Source: Candidatus Eiseniibacteriota bacterium | GTDB lineage: Bacteria > Eisenbacteria > RBG-16-71-46 | Direction of reading: 5' to 3' | DNA: 64,000 nt | Assembly: GCA_041483195.1 (NCBI GenBank) | Contig: JBGPFC010000012.1 | Span: forward strand, 16,230 to 80,229 | Notes under the pieces: generated by a model | What the model saw: only the letters and a program-made list of their open reading frames with translations | The model's database searches: none | What the model was told of the DNA's origin: nothing | Made by a program: the position numbers and the translations under genes | In this document: one piece after another, positions 1 to 8,947 of the stretch | How the letters are laid out: every line of letters begins with the position of its first letter | How positions within the stretch are numbered: position 1 is the first letter of the stretch

Positions 1-642
1 GACGCTGGCCCGGAAGCAGAGCCCGTCCAGGTCCACCCACACGTAGGTGTATCCCTCGCGGCACTCCTCCTCGACGCGACGCGCGTAGCTCGCGGGATCC
101 ACGAGGCGCGGGTCTTCGTCCAGCTCTTCCGCGCGCAGGCGCGCGCCGCTCTCGTACACCATGGCGAAGTCCTCGGTGCGCGCGGCCCGCAGCGCCGGCA
201 CCCGCTCGAACGCCGGGAGCGCTCCGCGCTCGAGCGCCATGTACACCTGGCGGCGGTGCAGCCGCGGGGTGAGGCCGGCGTGCTCGAAGCGGCGCACGAA
301 CGGTTCGATCGTCGCGGCCGGACCGATGAGCTGCAGCCGCGGCGGCAGCATCGCGCGGCGCGCGATCGTCTGCTCGGCGAGGCGCTCGAGTGCCGCCAGG
401 TCGTCGCCGAGTGGCAGCACGGCGCCCGACGGGCCGCCGAGGTGCACCAGCGCGACGATCGTGTCGTCACGCCGCGCCGCCCAGAACTCGTCGTGAGGCC
501 GCGAGAGCGCGTCGCGCAGCGCGAGCGCCACCAGGTACACGTTGAGCACGGGCTCGCGGTCGAGGAACGCGAACATCTCGACCAGATCGGAGGGCGTGAG
601 CTGCTCGACGCTCAGGACGCCGGTTCCGGGGTGCAGGGTCAT
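1..642 (-). CDS. GNAT-like (DUF4081-type) acetyltransferase; the N-terminal 213 aa lie in the window and the 3' end runs off the edge
   Basis: My own minus-strand translation from an ATG at 642..640, preceded by AGAGGA, gives an uninterrupted reading frame (MTLHPGTGVLSVEQLTPSDLVEMFAFLDREPVLNVYLVALALRD...). It is absent from the ORF track because it is truncated by the window edge. The plus-strand track ORFs 161..496 and 256..771 lie antisense to it. Confidence 0.35.
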   Translation of the reverse strand, partial: MTLHPGTGVLSVEQLTPSDLVEMFAFLDREPVLNVYLVALALRDALSRPHDEFWAARRDDTIVALVHLGGPSGAVLPLGDDLAALERLAEQTIARRAMLPPRLQLIGPAATIEPFVRRFEHAGLTPRLHRRQVYMALERGALPAFERVPALRAARTEDFAMVYESGARLRAEELDEDPRLVDPASYARRVEEECREGYTYVWVDLDGLCFRASV

Positions 643-652
643 GGAAGATCCT

Positions 653-1402
653 CTAGACGATTTTTTCGAAGATCGAGTCTACCAGCGCGTCGAAGCCCTC
701 GTCGCGCTTGTTTCGCGGCCGCGGCAGCTGCACCTCGAGATCGGCCGCGAGGCGCCCCGGATGGGAGTTGAGGACCAGCACCCGGTCGGCCATCAGCACC
801 GCCTCCTCGATGATGTGCGTCACCATCACCACGGTGTTCACCGGAAGCGCCTGATCCGACCACAGGGTGAGCACCTCCTCGCGCAGGTTGGCCGAGGTCA
901 GGGCATCGAGGCCCGCGAACGGCTCGTCCATGAACAGCAGCTCGGGCTCCACCGCGAGCGCGCGCGCCAGCCCCGCGCGCTGCTTCATGCCGCCCGAGAG
1001 CTCGGTGGGGTATGCCTCCTCGTAGCCGTCGAGGCCGACCTTGTCGAGATAGAACGCCGCGCGCTTGCGCGAGTCCTCCTCGCGAAGATCGCGCGCCTTG
1101 AGGCCCAGCTCGACGTTGGCCTGCACGGTGAGCCACGGCAGCAGCGCGAACGACTGGAACACCATCGCCGCTTTCAGATTGACTCCGTCGAGCGGCCGGT
1201 CCTGGTAGAGCACCTCGCCGGAGGTAGGCGGCGTGAGCCCCATCATGATCCGCAGCAGCGTCGACTTGCCGCAGCCGGAGGGGCCGACGATGCACACGAA
1301 CTGGCGCTCGGGGATCTGCGCTGTGATGTCGTCGAGCACCGGGATGGACCGCCCGCGATCGACGAAGCTCTTGGAGACATGTCTGAGTTGGAGCACCCTC
1401 AC
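653..1402 (-). CDS. ABC transporter ATP-binding protein, NitT/TauT (SsuB/TauB-like) family
   Basis: Walker [10 protein letters not shown], signature LSGGMKQR and Walker B LLFMDEPF in the C-terminal 249 aa of track ORF 653..3946. The GTG start at 1402..1400 overlaps the stop of the upstream permease. Confidence 0.8.
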   Translation of the reverse strand: MRVLQLRHVSKSFVDRGRSIPVLDDITAQIPERQFVCIVGPSGCGKSTLLRIMMGLTPPTSGEVLYQDRPLDGVNLKAAMVFQSFALLPWLTVQANVELGLKARDLREEDSRKRAAFYLDKVGLDGYEEAYPTELSGGMKQRAGLARALAVEPELLFMDEPFAGLDALTSANLREEVLTLWSDQALPVNTVVMVTHIIEEAVLMADRVLVLNSHPGRLAADLEVQLPRPRNKRDEGFDALVDSIFEKIV

Positions 1403-3099
1403 GCCCCCAGCCGGTAGCGGACGTTGACCGCCTGATACAGACGATCCCACACCAGGCGATTGAACGCGACCACCGTGACCACCAGCAGCGTCAGCGAGAG
1501 GAAAAGCAGCGCGCGGTTGCCGGTCTGGAACGTCGCGCGGTTCAGCATCTGCCCGATCCCCAGCACCTCGTAGGTGCGTCCGCGATAGACCACGTACTCG
1601 GACAGGATCAGCGCGTTCCAGGTGCCGCCCCACGCCACCACGCTGCCGGTGACCAGCGACGGCATGCACGCGGGCAGCACCAGCTGGCGATGGATCGCGC
1701 CGCGCGAGAGGCCGAGTGCCCGCAGCGACTCGCGCAAATCGCGCGGCACGCGCTGCACGCCGCCGAGCAGATTGAACAGCAGGTACCACTGCATGCCGGT
1801 GAGCGCGAGCGCGATCGAGATGATCTCCATGCCGCCGAACCGGTTCACGAGCAGCGCGACCAGCACCGGGAAGAACGCGGTCGCCGGCACCGAGGCTCCG
1901 ACCTGGGCCACCATCGACAACGCGCGCGCGCCGCGCGGATGATCGCTCGCCCACAGCGTGGCCGGCACGATCCACGCCAGCGCGAGCACGTATGCCGCCG
2001 CGATCCGGAGGAACGACAGCAGCAGCGCGAGCGGCAGCTGCCCCGCCTCGCGCGGCCACGGTCCGGCGAGCGCGCGCGCGCCCGACACCACGCCCAGCAC
2101 GAGGCCGGCCGCGAGCGCGAGGCCGGCGGGCCAGCGCAGCCAGCGCCACGCCGCGAGCGCCGCGCGGGCCGCGGCGGCCGCGCCGCGATTGATCCTCGCC
2201 ACCGGGATCCTGGCCCACAGCCCGCGCCCCAGGCGGCGCAGCGGGCGCAGCAGGGTCGGCAGCCCGAGGTCGGGGATGCGCAGCGCGGTCTCTTCTGCCT
2301 CTTCTCCCACCTGCGTGTCGTAGCGAAAACGGCGCGACCACACGCGCAGCGGGCGCCACACCGCGAGCTCGAGCACCACCACGATCGCGATCAGCACCGC
2401 CAGCGCTCCGGCCGCGAGCCGCAGGTCGCCGCGCGCGAGCGCACGCGACAGCGTGCTGCCGAGTCCCGGCAGGTTGTACTCCGCCTTGCCGGTCACGATG
2501 ATTTCGCACGCGATCAGGAAGTACCAGCCGTTGGCCCACGACAGGATGCTGTTGTAGAGCAGCGCGGGAATGCACGCCGGGAGCAGCAGCGTGCGCAGGC
2601 GCAGCAGGCCGCGCACCCCCAGGCTGTCGGCCGCCGCCCGCGTCTCGTGCGGAATGGTCGAGAGCCCCTCGTACACGGCGAACGCCAGGTTCCAGGCCTG
2701 GCTCGTGAAGATCAGGAAGATCGAAGCCAGCTCGAGCGAGAGGCGCCCGCCCCCGAGCACCGTGATGAACACGTAGATCGCGGCCGGGAAGAAGCCCAGC
2801 ACCGGGACCGATTGGCCGACGTCGAGCAGCGGCAGCAGCACGCGCGCCGCGCGCGGGCGCGTCGCCGCCGCGTAGCCCGCGGCCCACGCGAAAACGACCG
2901 ACACCAGGTAGGACGCCGTCATGCGCAGCAGCGACCAGCCCGCAGCGGCCGGCAGGTCGCGGAAGCTCGGCTCGCTCAACACCACGCCGCGCGCGAAGTT
3001 CAGCGCGCGCCCCGGGCCCAGCGCCATGGCCGCGAGCGCGATGGCCGCGCCAACGGCCACGATCGGCAGCCAGCGCGGCGAAGAGCGCTCCTCGGTCAT
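1399..3099 (-). CDS. ABC transporter permease made of two fused TauC/BPD-type transmembrane domains
   Basis: Track ORF 1399..3300 with the start placed at MTEERSS (ATG 3099). There are two EAA-like loops (AADSLGVRGLLRLRTLLLP and RESLRALGLSRGAIHRQLVLP) and several hydrophobic segments. Confidence 0.7.
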   Translation of the reverse strand: MTEERSSPRWLPIVAVGAAIALAAMALGPGRALNFARGVVLSEPSFRDLPAAAGWSLLRMTASYLVSVVFAWAAGYAAATRPRAARVLLPLLDVGQSVPVLGFFPAAIYVFITVLGGGRLSLELASIFLIFTSQAWNLAFAVYEGLSTIPHETRAAADSLGVRGLLRLRTLLLPACIPALLYNSILSWANGWYFLIACEIIVTGKAEYNLPGLGSTLSRALARGDLRLAAGALAVLIAIVVVLELAVWRPLRVWSRRFRYDTQVGEEAEETALRIPDLGLPTLLRPLRRLGRGLWARIPVARINRGAAAAARAALAAWRWLRWPAGLALAAGLVLGVVSGARALAGPWPREAGQLPLALLLSFLRIAAAYVLALAWIVPATLWASDHPRGARALSMVAQVGASVPATAFFPVLVALLVNRFGGMEIISIALALTGMQWYLLFNLLGGVQRVPRDLRESLRALGLSRGAIHRQLVLPACMPSLVTGSVVAWGGTWNALILSEYVVYRGRTYEVLGIGQMLNRATFQTGNRALLFLSLTLLVVTVVAFNRLVWDRLYQAVNVRYRLGA

Positions 3100-3298
3100 G
3101 CGATGGTCCTCGGACGGCGTGAGCCCATACGGCGACGACGCGCCTGCGGTCAGGCGCGATGCGGGCGGTCCAGCGCAATCTATCCTCCCGCTCGCGCCTC
3201 GGACAACCGCAATGTGCGTGGGGGACGCATCGCCCGGGAGATTCCGCTCGCTGCGGCGCGCCGTTCGATTGACCACGCGCATGGGCACCCCTAGCATC

Positions 3299-4003
3299 AT
3301 GGCAGGGGAGGCGCGCGTGGCGGACCTCGTGCTCGTGATCGAAGACGAAAAGGAAATCCGCGACCTGGTGCGCTACAACCTCGAGCGCGCGGGGTTCCGC
3401 GTCGCGCTCGCCGCGGACGGGGAAGAGGGCCTCGAGCGACTGTTCGCATCGCGCCCCGACGCGCTGGTGCTCGATCTCATGCTGCCGCTCCGAAACGGCC
3501 TCGAGGTGCTGCAGGAGCTGCGCGCCGAGCCGGCCACGCGCGAGCTTCCGGTGCTGGTGCTCACCGCGCGGGCGGCCGAGATGGACAAGCTGCTCGGCTT
3601 CGAGCGCGGCGCCGACGACTACCTCACGAAGCCCTTCAGCCCGCGCGAGCTGGTCGCGCGGATCACCGCCCTCCTGCGGCGCGCGCGCCCCAGCCGCGGA
3701 CCCGCCGTGCTCGAGGTGGGCGCGCTGCGCGTGGACCCGCTCGCCCGCGAGATCTCGTTCCGCGGCACGACCCTCACGCTCACGCCGCGCGAATTCGATC
3801 TGCTGGCCTTCCTCGCGCATCATCCGGGGCGCGTCCTCTCCCGCGAAGAGCTGCTGCGCAAGGTCTGGGGCTACGATTTCCTCGGCGAGACCCGCACCGT
3901 CGACGTCCACGTGCGGCGGCTGCGGGCGAAGCTGGGCGAGAAGCACCGCGTGATCGAAACCGTGACCGGCGCCGGCTACAAGCTGGTCGCCGGCGCGCGC
4001 TGA
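3299..4003 (+). CDS. phoB: OmpR/PhoB-family response regulator
   Basis: Receiver domain (LVIEDEKEIRDLV...LDLMLP) plus a winged-helix trans-activation domain (LTPREFDLLAFLAHHPGRVLSREELL...VDVHVRRLRAKL). It lies immediately upstream of the histidine kinase and of pstSCAB-phoU. Confidence 0.75.
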   Translation: MAGEARVADLVLVIEDEKEIRDLVRYNLERAGFRVALAADGEEGLERLFASRPDALVLDLMLPLRNGLEVLQELRAEPATRELPVLVLTARAAEMDKLLGFERGADDYLTKPFSPRELVARITALLRRARPSRGPAVLEVGALRVDPLAREISFRGTTLTLTPREFDLLAFLAHHPGRVLSREELLRKVWGYDFLGETRTVDVHVRRLRAKLGEKHRVIETVTGAGYKLVAGAR

Positions 4004-4017
4004 GCGCGCGCCCGCGC

Positions 4018-5799
4018 GTGAACCTCTCGCTGCGGGCGCGCCTGTTCTTCGCGCAGGCGATCGCCGTGATCGTCGCGCTCGCGGCGGTCACGCTGCTCGC
4101 CGCGCAGGAGCAGCGCGCGTGGCTGGTGGAGCGCAACGCGGAGGCGCTCGAGCGGATCGCGCGGATCGCGGTCCGCGATCTGCCCGGAGAGTGGTCGCGC
4201 ACCTCGGGCGATGCGACCGAGTGCGCGCGATCGATCGGCGGCGCGCTGGGCCTGCGCGTCACCCTGATCGCGGAAGACGGGCGCGTGCTCGGGGACAGCG
4301 ACGTGCCGCGCGAGGCCCTCGACGCCGTCGAGAATCATCGCGATCGCGCCGAGGTCGCCGCGGCCCTCGCGGGGCGGACCGGTCATGCGGTGCGCCGCAG
4401 CCACACCCTCGGCGTGGAATTCCTGTACGTCGCCCGGCCCGCCGGCGTCCGGGAGGTCGCGGTGCTCCGCGTGGCCGAACCGCTGGTCGAGATCGCCGCG
4501 CTGCGCGCCTCGTTGCTGCGGCTCTCGCTGGTGGCGGCGGCGTTCGCGCTGTTGCTCACCCTCGCGCTCGCGTTCTGGATCGCGGGCCGGCACGCCGCGC
4601 GGGTGCGCGAGCTCGAGCGCGTGGCGGCGCGCGTGGGCCGCGGGGAATCGGCGGCGCGCGCGCCCGAGCGTCCCGCCGACGAGCTGGGGCGCCTCGGTCG
4701 CGCGCTCAACGAGATGGCCGCCGAGATGCGGTCGCGCCTCGAGGCCCTGGCGCGCGAGCGCGACGAGCGCGAGCGCATCCTCGCCCACCTGCGCGACGGC
4801 GTGGCGCTCATCGACGAGGCGGGGCGCGTCCTGCACGTGAATCACGGCCTCGTGACGCTGCTCGGGCTGGCGCTCCCCGCCGCTCCGGGAACGCCGTTCG
4901 CGGAGTTCGCGCGCCTGCCCGAGCTGGACGACCTGCTGCACCGCGCGCGCGACGAAGGCCGCACGCTCGAATCGGATCTGCGCGCGTGGACGCCGCAGGC
5001 GCGGCTGCTCCACGCGACGGTGACGCCCCTCGGCGACGGCGGGCGCGACCCGTTGCTGCTGGTGGTCCACGATCTCACCGAGATCGAGGCCGTGAACCGC
5101 ATGCGGGAGGACTTCGTCGCGAACGTCTCGCACGAGCTGCGGACGCCGCTCACGTCGTTGCGTGGTTACGCGGAGACGCTGCTCGAGGGCGGGCTCGACG
5201 ACGCGGAGCACCGCGAGGGATTCGTGCGGGTCATGCGAGATCAGGCCGTCCGGCTCGAGGCCCTGCTCGAAGACGTGCTGGCGCTCGCGGAGCTCGAGCA
5301 GCCCGGGGCGCGGCTTCGCGTCGAACGAATCGATCTGCGCGCGCTGATCGAGCGCCAGGTCGCCGGCATGAAGCCGCGCGCGGAGCGCGCGGGGCTCACG
5401 CTCGCGATCGAGCCGGGCGCGCCGCTGCTGGCGCTCGCGGACCGCGCGCGCCTCGAGCAGGTGATCGCGAACCTGCTCGACAACGCCCTCAAGTACACGG
5501 AGCGCGGCGGCGTGACGGTCGCGGCCGGCGCGGCCGGCCCGCTCGCGTGGTGCGAGGTGCGCGATAGCGGGCCGGGGATTCCGCCAGAGGACCAGCCGCG
5601 CATCTTCGAGCGCTTCTACCGCGTGGACAAGGCGCGCTCGCGCGAGAAGGGCGGAACGGGACTGGGCCTCTCGATCGTCAAGCATATCGTGCAGCTCCAC
5701 GGCGGCTCGGTCTCGGTGGCGAGCGTGCCCGGAGAGGGCAGCACGTTCCGGTTCGAGATCCCGCGCGGCGCGGAGACGATGGCCGTGACACCGGGCTGA
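4018..5799 (+). CDS. phoR: Sensor histidine kinase, PhoR-like
   Basis: Two TM segments, HAMP, H-box FVANVSHELRTPLTSL, and N/G boxes (LLDNALKYT, GTGLGLSIVK). GTG start. It is 15 bp downstream of phoB. Confidence 0.75.
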   Translation: MNLSLRARLFFAQAIAVIVALAAVTLLAAQEQRAWLVERNAEALERIARIAVRDLPGEWSRTSGDATECARSIGGALGLRVTLIAEDGRVLGDSDVPREALDAVENHRDRAEVAAALAGRTGHAVRRSHTLGVEFLYVARPAGVREVAVLRVAEPLVEIAALRASLLRLSLVAAAFALLLTLALAFWIAGRHAARVRELERVAARVGRGESAARAPERPADELGRLGRALNEMAAEMRSRLEALARERDERERILAHLRDGVALIDEAGRVLHVNHGLVTLLGLALPAAPGTPFAEFARLPELDDLLHRARDEGRTLESDLRAWTPQARLLHATVTPLGDGGRDPLLLVVHDLTEIEAVNRMREDFVANVSHELRTPLTSLRGYAETLLEGGLDDAEHREGFVRVMRDQAVRLEALLEDVLALAELEQPGARLRVERIDLRALIERQVAGMKPRAERAGLTLAIEPGAPLLALADRARLEQVIANLLDNALKYTERGGVTVAAGAAGPLAWCEVRDSGPGIPPEDQPRIFERFYRVDKARSREKGGTGLGLSIVKHIVQLHGGSVSVASVPGEGSTFRFEIPRGAETMAVTPG

Positions 5800-6185
5800 A
5801 CGCGGCCCCCGCCCGCCTCCGCGGCCGTCCGCCGAAATATCTCCGCAATCCGAATTGCCCGCGCCGTTACAGCGCCGTCACGCTCCCGCTCCCGCGCGCA
5901 CGATAGCGTGTGGTCAACGGGGACGGTGGCCGTGGCCGGGATTGCGAGGTCGCCATCGCTTGCCAGTCCATCTCTGCCGCGTGCATTCGACAACCTGATT
6001 GCGCGACGCCACCTCCCCGAACTTTCACGGCGTGACGGCTGAAGCCCTCTCGACCAGCGGTCATCTTGTCCGGGTCATCGAGGTGTTCCGGCCGAACGCC
6101 CCCGGGGGGGTGCGCTGCTCCTCCTGGGGGAAGCGTGGGGGGAGGGCCTCCTCCTCCGAACCGGGTGTTGCATCGAGGCGCTTCG

Positions 6186-6521
6186 ATGAACGTCTTCGCA
6201 CCTGCATGTGCCGATCCGCGAGGCGAGCGTGGCAGCGCCCGCAGGCGCGGCCGGCCGGCGCTGCTGACTCGCGCGGAGCTGATCGAGCAGATCCGCCGCC
6301 TGCACGAGCGCCCGCCCGGGCTGTTTCGCGTGCACGATTCGCACGCGGGCCTCTATGCGCGCGCCCGCAGGCTGTTCGGTTCCTGGCGGGCGGCCGTGGC
6401 CGCGGCGGAGGTGGACTATCACGAGGTTCTGGAGCGAGCGCGCTCCCGCGCACTCGAAACACGCGCCCTCCGCTCGCGCGCCGCCCGCGCGGCAGGGCGC
6501 AGTCGAGGCGGCGCCCCCTGA
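6186..6521 (+). CDS. Small protein with a homing-endonuclease-associated-repeat (HEAR)-like motif
   Basis: Inside track ORF 6066..6521. The segment LTRAELIEQIRRLHERPPGLFRVHDSHAGLYARARRLFGSWRAAVAAAEV matches the HEAR consensus (tre-L-eel-rL...tyrrrFGSWneAl.aAG). The start is uncertain (M at 6186). Confidence 0.35.
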   Translation: MNVFAPACADPRGERGSARRRGRPALLTRAELIEQIRRLHERPPGLFRVHDSHAGLYARARRLFGSWRAAVAAAEVDYHEVLERARSRALETRALRSRAARAAGRSRGGAP

Positions 6522-6538
6522 CGCCTCCCGGCCCGTAT

Positions 6539-6556
6539 TTACACCGCCGTTACACC
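6539..6556 (+). promoter_or_regulatory. Pho-box-like direct repeat TTACACC-GCCG-TTACACC (7+4+7)
   Basis: Read directly in the sequence about 130 bp upstream of the phosphate porin start. The 7 bp repeat, 4 bp spacer and 11 bp periodicity are the architecture of a PhoB binding site. Coordinates are good to about 2 bp. Confidence 0.45.
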
Positions 6557-6689
6557 CCGGAGCATTTTCGGCAACCCGTGGCCGCTAGGGTTTCGCGCCG
6601 AGGGCCGGAGGGTTCGGCCCGCCGCATCTCCGTCGCGCGCTTGCGGCGTCGGATGAATATCCACGGGCCACACTCCGGAGGCGATCCGC

Positions 6690-7835
6690 ATGGACCGCGA
6701 GCAGCGAGACACGACCCCGGCATCGTGGAGCGCGTGGATGATCGCGGCCGCGCTCGCATGCGCGGCTCCCTGCGCCGCGCAGACACAGTCGCAGGCGCTG
6801 CTCATCCCTGCGACGCCGCCGGATTACCCGCGCGGCCGGATCAGCGGCTACATCTTCGGCGACTACTACGACAACCTCGCGGGAAATCCCGATCATGGCT
6901 ACAGCTCGAGCGGCGCCGATTCGCTGACGCCCAACATCGACGGCTCGAAGGTGATCGGCCGGGACCTGAACGGGCTCCAGGTGCGGCGCGTGTACTTCCA
7001 GCTCGACAACGATCTCTCGTTCAGGTTCTCGACGCGCTTCCGTCTCGAGATGGACGGCAAGTCGCTGACCTCCGACGGCAAGCTCGGCGTGAACGTCAAG
7101 GCCGCGTACGCGCAGGCCAGGAGCGTTTACCCGCGCGCCGACGTGCTGGTCGGGGTGCTCTCGACGCCGATCTGGGAGGGCTCCGAGGAATTCTGGCAGT
7201 ACCGCTCGATCGAGAAGACGATCGGGGACTTCCGCGGCATCGGCAGCTCCGCCGACGTTGGCATCGAGCTCAAGGGCTTCGCCGATTCCGACCACCACGT
7301 GGGCTACGTCGCGATGATCGGCGACGGCCCGGGCCAGAAGGCCGAGGACAACCGCTACAAGAAGTTCTACCTGAGCCTGCCGCTGCGCGCGGGCGATCTG
7401 CGGCTCGAGCCATACGCCGACTACGAGAACGCGTTCGGCGCGAAGGACCGCGCGACCTACAAGCTGTTCGTGGGTTACGCGCTCAAGTGGCTCGCGGTCG
7501 GGGCGGAGATCCTGGATCGTGTGAATCACCGTCCGACCGGGGGCAACCAGGAGCCGCACGGCTATTCGGTGTTCGCGCGCGGCGGCCCCACGCCGGCCAT
7601 CTCCGCTTTCGCGCGGGTGGACGTCTGGGAGCCCGATCACCGGCTCGCGAACCGCGTGGACCAGCAGCTCTGGATCGCGGGCCTCGACTGGCAGCCGATC
7701 AAGGACGCCCACTTCATGCCCAACGTCGAATCCATGCAGTACGTGGCGAAGGGCACGGGGGTCGTTCCGCCTCACCACGACCTGCAGGCGCGCATCACGT
7801 TCTACTACAAATTCAGCCGCCCGCAGACACCCTGA
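6690..7835 (+). CDS. Phosphate-selective porin O/P (OprO/OprP-like) outer-membrane beta-barrel
   Basis: Signal peptide (MIAAALACAAPCAAQ), alternating amphipathic beta-strand pattern and a C-terminal ...ITFYYKF. It sits between phoR and pstS behind the Pho box. Confidence 0.6.
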   Translation: MDREQRDTTPASWSAWMIAAALACAAPCAAQTQSQALLIPATPPDYPRGRISGYIFGDYYDNLAGNPDHGYSSSGADSLTPNIDGSKVIGRDLNGLQVRRVYFQLDNDLSFRFSTRFRLEMDGKSLTSDGKLGVNVKAAYAQARSVYPRADVLVGVLSTPIWEGSEEFWQYRSIEKTIGDFRGIGSSADVGIELKGFADSDHHVGYVAMIGDGPGQKAEDNRYKKFYLSLPLRAGDLRLEPYADYENAFGAKDRATYKLFVGYALKWLAVGAEILDRVNHRPTGGNQEPHGYSVFARGGPTPAISAFARVDVWEPDHRLANRVDQQLWIAGLDWQPIKDAHFMPNVESMQYVAKGTGVVPPHHDLQARITFYYKFSRPQTP

Positions 7836-7855
7836 CGATCACGAAAGGAACTCTC

Positions 7856-8935
7856 ATGCAGATCGCATCGCATCCCCTCCGGTCCATCGCGGCCGCGCGC
7901 GCCAGCGCGATCGCGCTCACGCTCGCGGGCCTCGCTTCGCTCGCCGCGCCGGCGCTCGCGCAGAATCTCACGGGGGCCGGCGCCACGTTCCCGTACCCGA
8001 TCTACTCGAAATGGTTCGACGTGTACCACGAGAAGACCGGGATTCAGATCAACTACCAGTCCATCGGGAGCGGCGGCGGCATTCAGCAGCTGAAGGCCGA
8101 GACCGTCGACTTCGGCGCGAGCGACGCCGCGCTCTCGAACGACCGCCTCAAGGAGATGCCGCGCCGCGTCGTGCACTTCCCGACGGTGGCGGGCGCGGTC
8201 GTGCTCGCCTACAACCTGCCGGGCCTCGCGACCCCCCTCAACCTCACGCCCGATGCGATCGGCGCGATCTACATGGGCAAGATCACGGTGTGGAACGACA
8301 AGCGGATCGCCGCGGCGAATCCCGGCGTCGCGATTCCCACCGCGCCGATCCTCCCGGTGCACCGCTCGGACGGCAGCGGGACCACCAACATCTTCACCAC
8401 CTACCTCTCGCTGGTGAGCCCGGAGTGGAAGGAGCTGGTGGGCGCGAACACCGCCGTGAGCTGGCCGGCCGGCGTGGGGGGCAAGGGCAACGAGGGCGTG
8501 GCCGGGCTGGTGAAGCAGACGCCGGGCGCGATCGGATACGTCGAGCTGGCGTACGCGAAGCAGAACGAGCTGCCGGTCGCGCGGGTGCGCAACAAGGCGG
8601 GCCAGTTCATCGAGCCGACGCTCGCCTCGACGACCGCCGCGGTGGGGGCGAGCGCCGCGCTGCTCGCGAAGGACGTGCGCAATCCGATCGCGAACGCGGC
8701 GGCGCCCGATGCCTACCCGATCTCGGGGCTCACCTTCCTGCTCGTCTACCAGGACCAGAAGGACGCGGCGCGCGCGAAGGCGCTCACGGGCTTCATCGCG
8801 TGGGCGATGCACGACGGCCAGGAGCTGGCCGCGGCGCTCGACTACGCGCGCCTGCCCGACGCCGTGATCAAGGTGAACGAGGCCACGCTCCGCACGCTGA
8901 CCGCGGGCGGCAAGCCGATGGTGGCGGCGAAGTAG
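7856..8935 (+). CDS. pstS: Phosphate ABC transporter substrate-binding protein PstS
   Basis: In frame within the fused track ORF 5999..8935. AAAGGAA RBS, signal peptide, and the TGAGATFPYPIYSKW...GSGGGIQQ...SDGSGTT motifs typical of PstS. Confidence 0.85.
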   Translation: MQIASHPLRSIAAARASAIALTLAGLASLAAPALAQNLTGAGATFPYPIYSKWFDVYHEKTGIQINYQSIGSGGGIQQLKAETVDFGASDAALSNDRLKEMPRRVVHFPTVAGAVVLAYNLPGLATPLNLTPDAIGAIYMGKITVWNDKRIAAANPGVAIPTAPILPVHRSDGSGTTNIFTTYLSLVSPEWKELVGANTAVSWPAGVGGKGNEGVAGLVKQTPGAIGYVELAYAKQNELPVARVRNKAGQFIEPTLASTTAAVGASAALLAKDVRNPIANAAAPDAYPISGLTFLLVYQDQKDAARAKALTGFIAWAMHDGQELAAALDYARLPDAVIKVNEATLRTLTAGGKPMVAAK

Positions 8936-8947
8936 CGCATCGCGATC

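Noticed and set aside
653-3946. 1097-aa minus ORF fusing the ABC ATPase with the antisense of phoB, and the 1690..3294 plus-strand 534-aa ORF
   Set aside because: Only the C-terminal 249 aa carry ABC motifs. The remainder is R/A/G-rich nonsense antisense to the permease and phoB.
4119-5567. 482-aa plus-strand ORF inside phoR in another frame, and the 3976..5700 minus-strand ORF
   Set aside because: Alternative-frame or antisense ORFs without motifs. The phoR frame carries all the kinase boxes.
5999-8935. 978-aa ORF apparently encoding one giant protein
   Set aside because: It is a frame fusion. The upstream part is R/P-rich junk, and the real PstS starts at an internal ATG (7856) with an RBS and a signal peptide.
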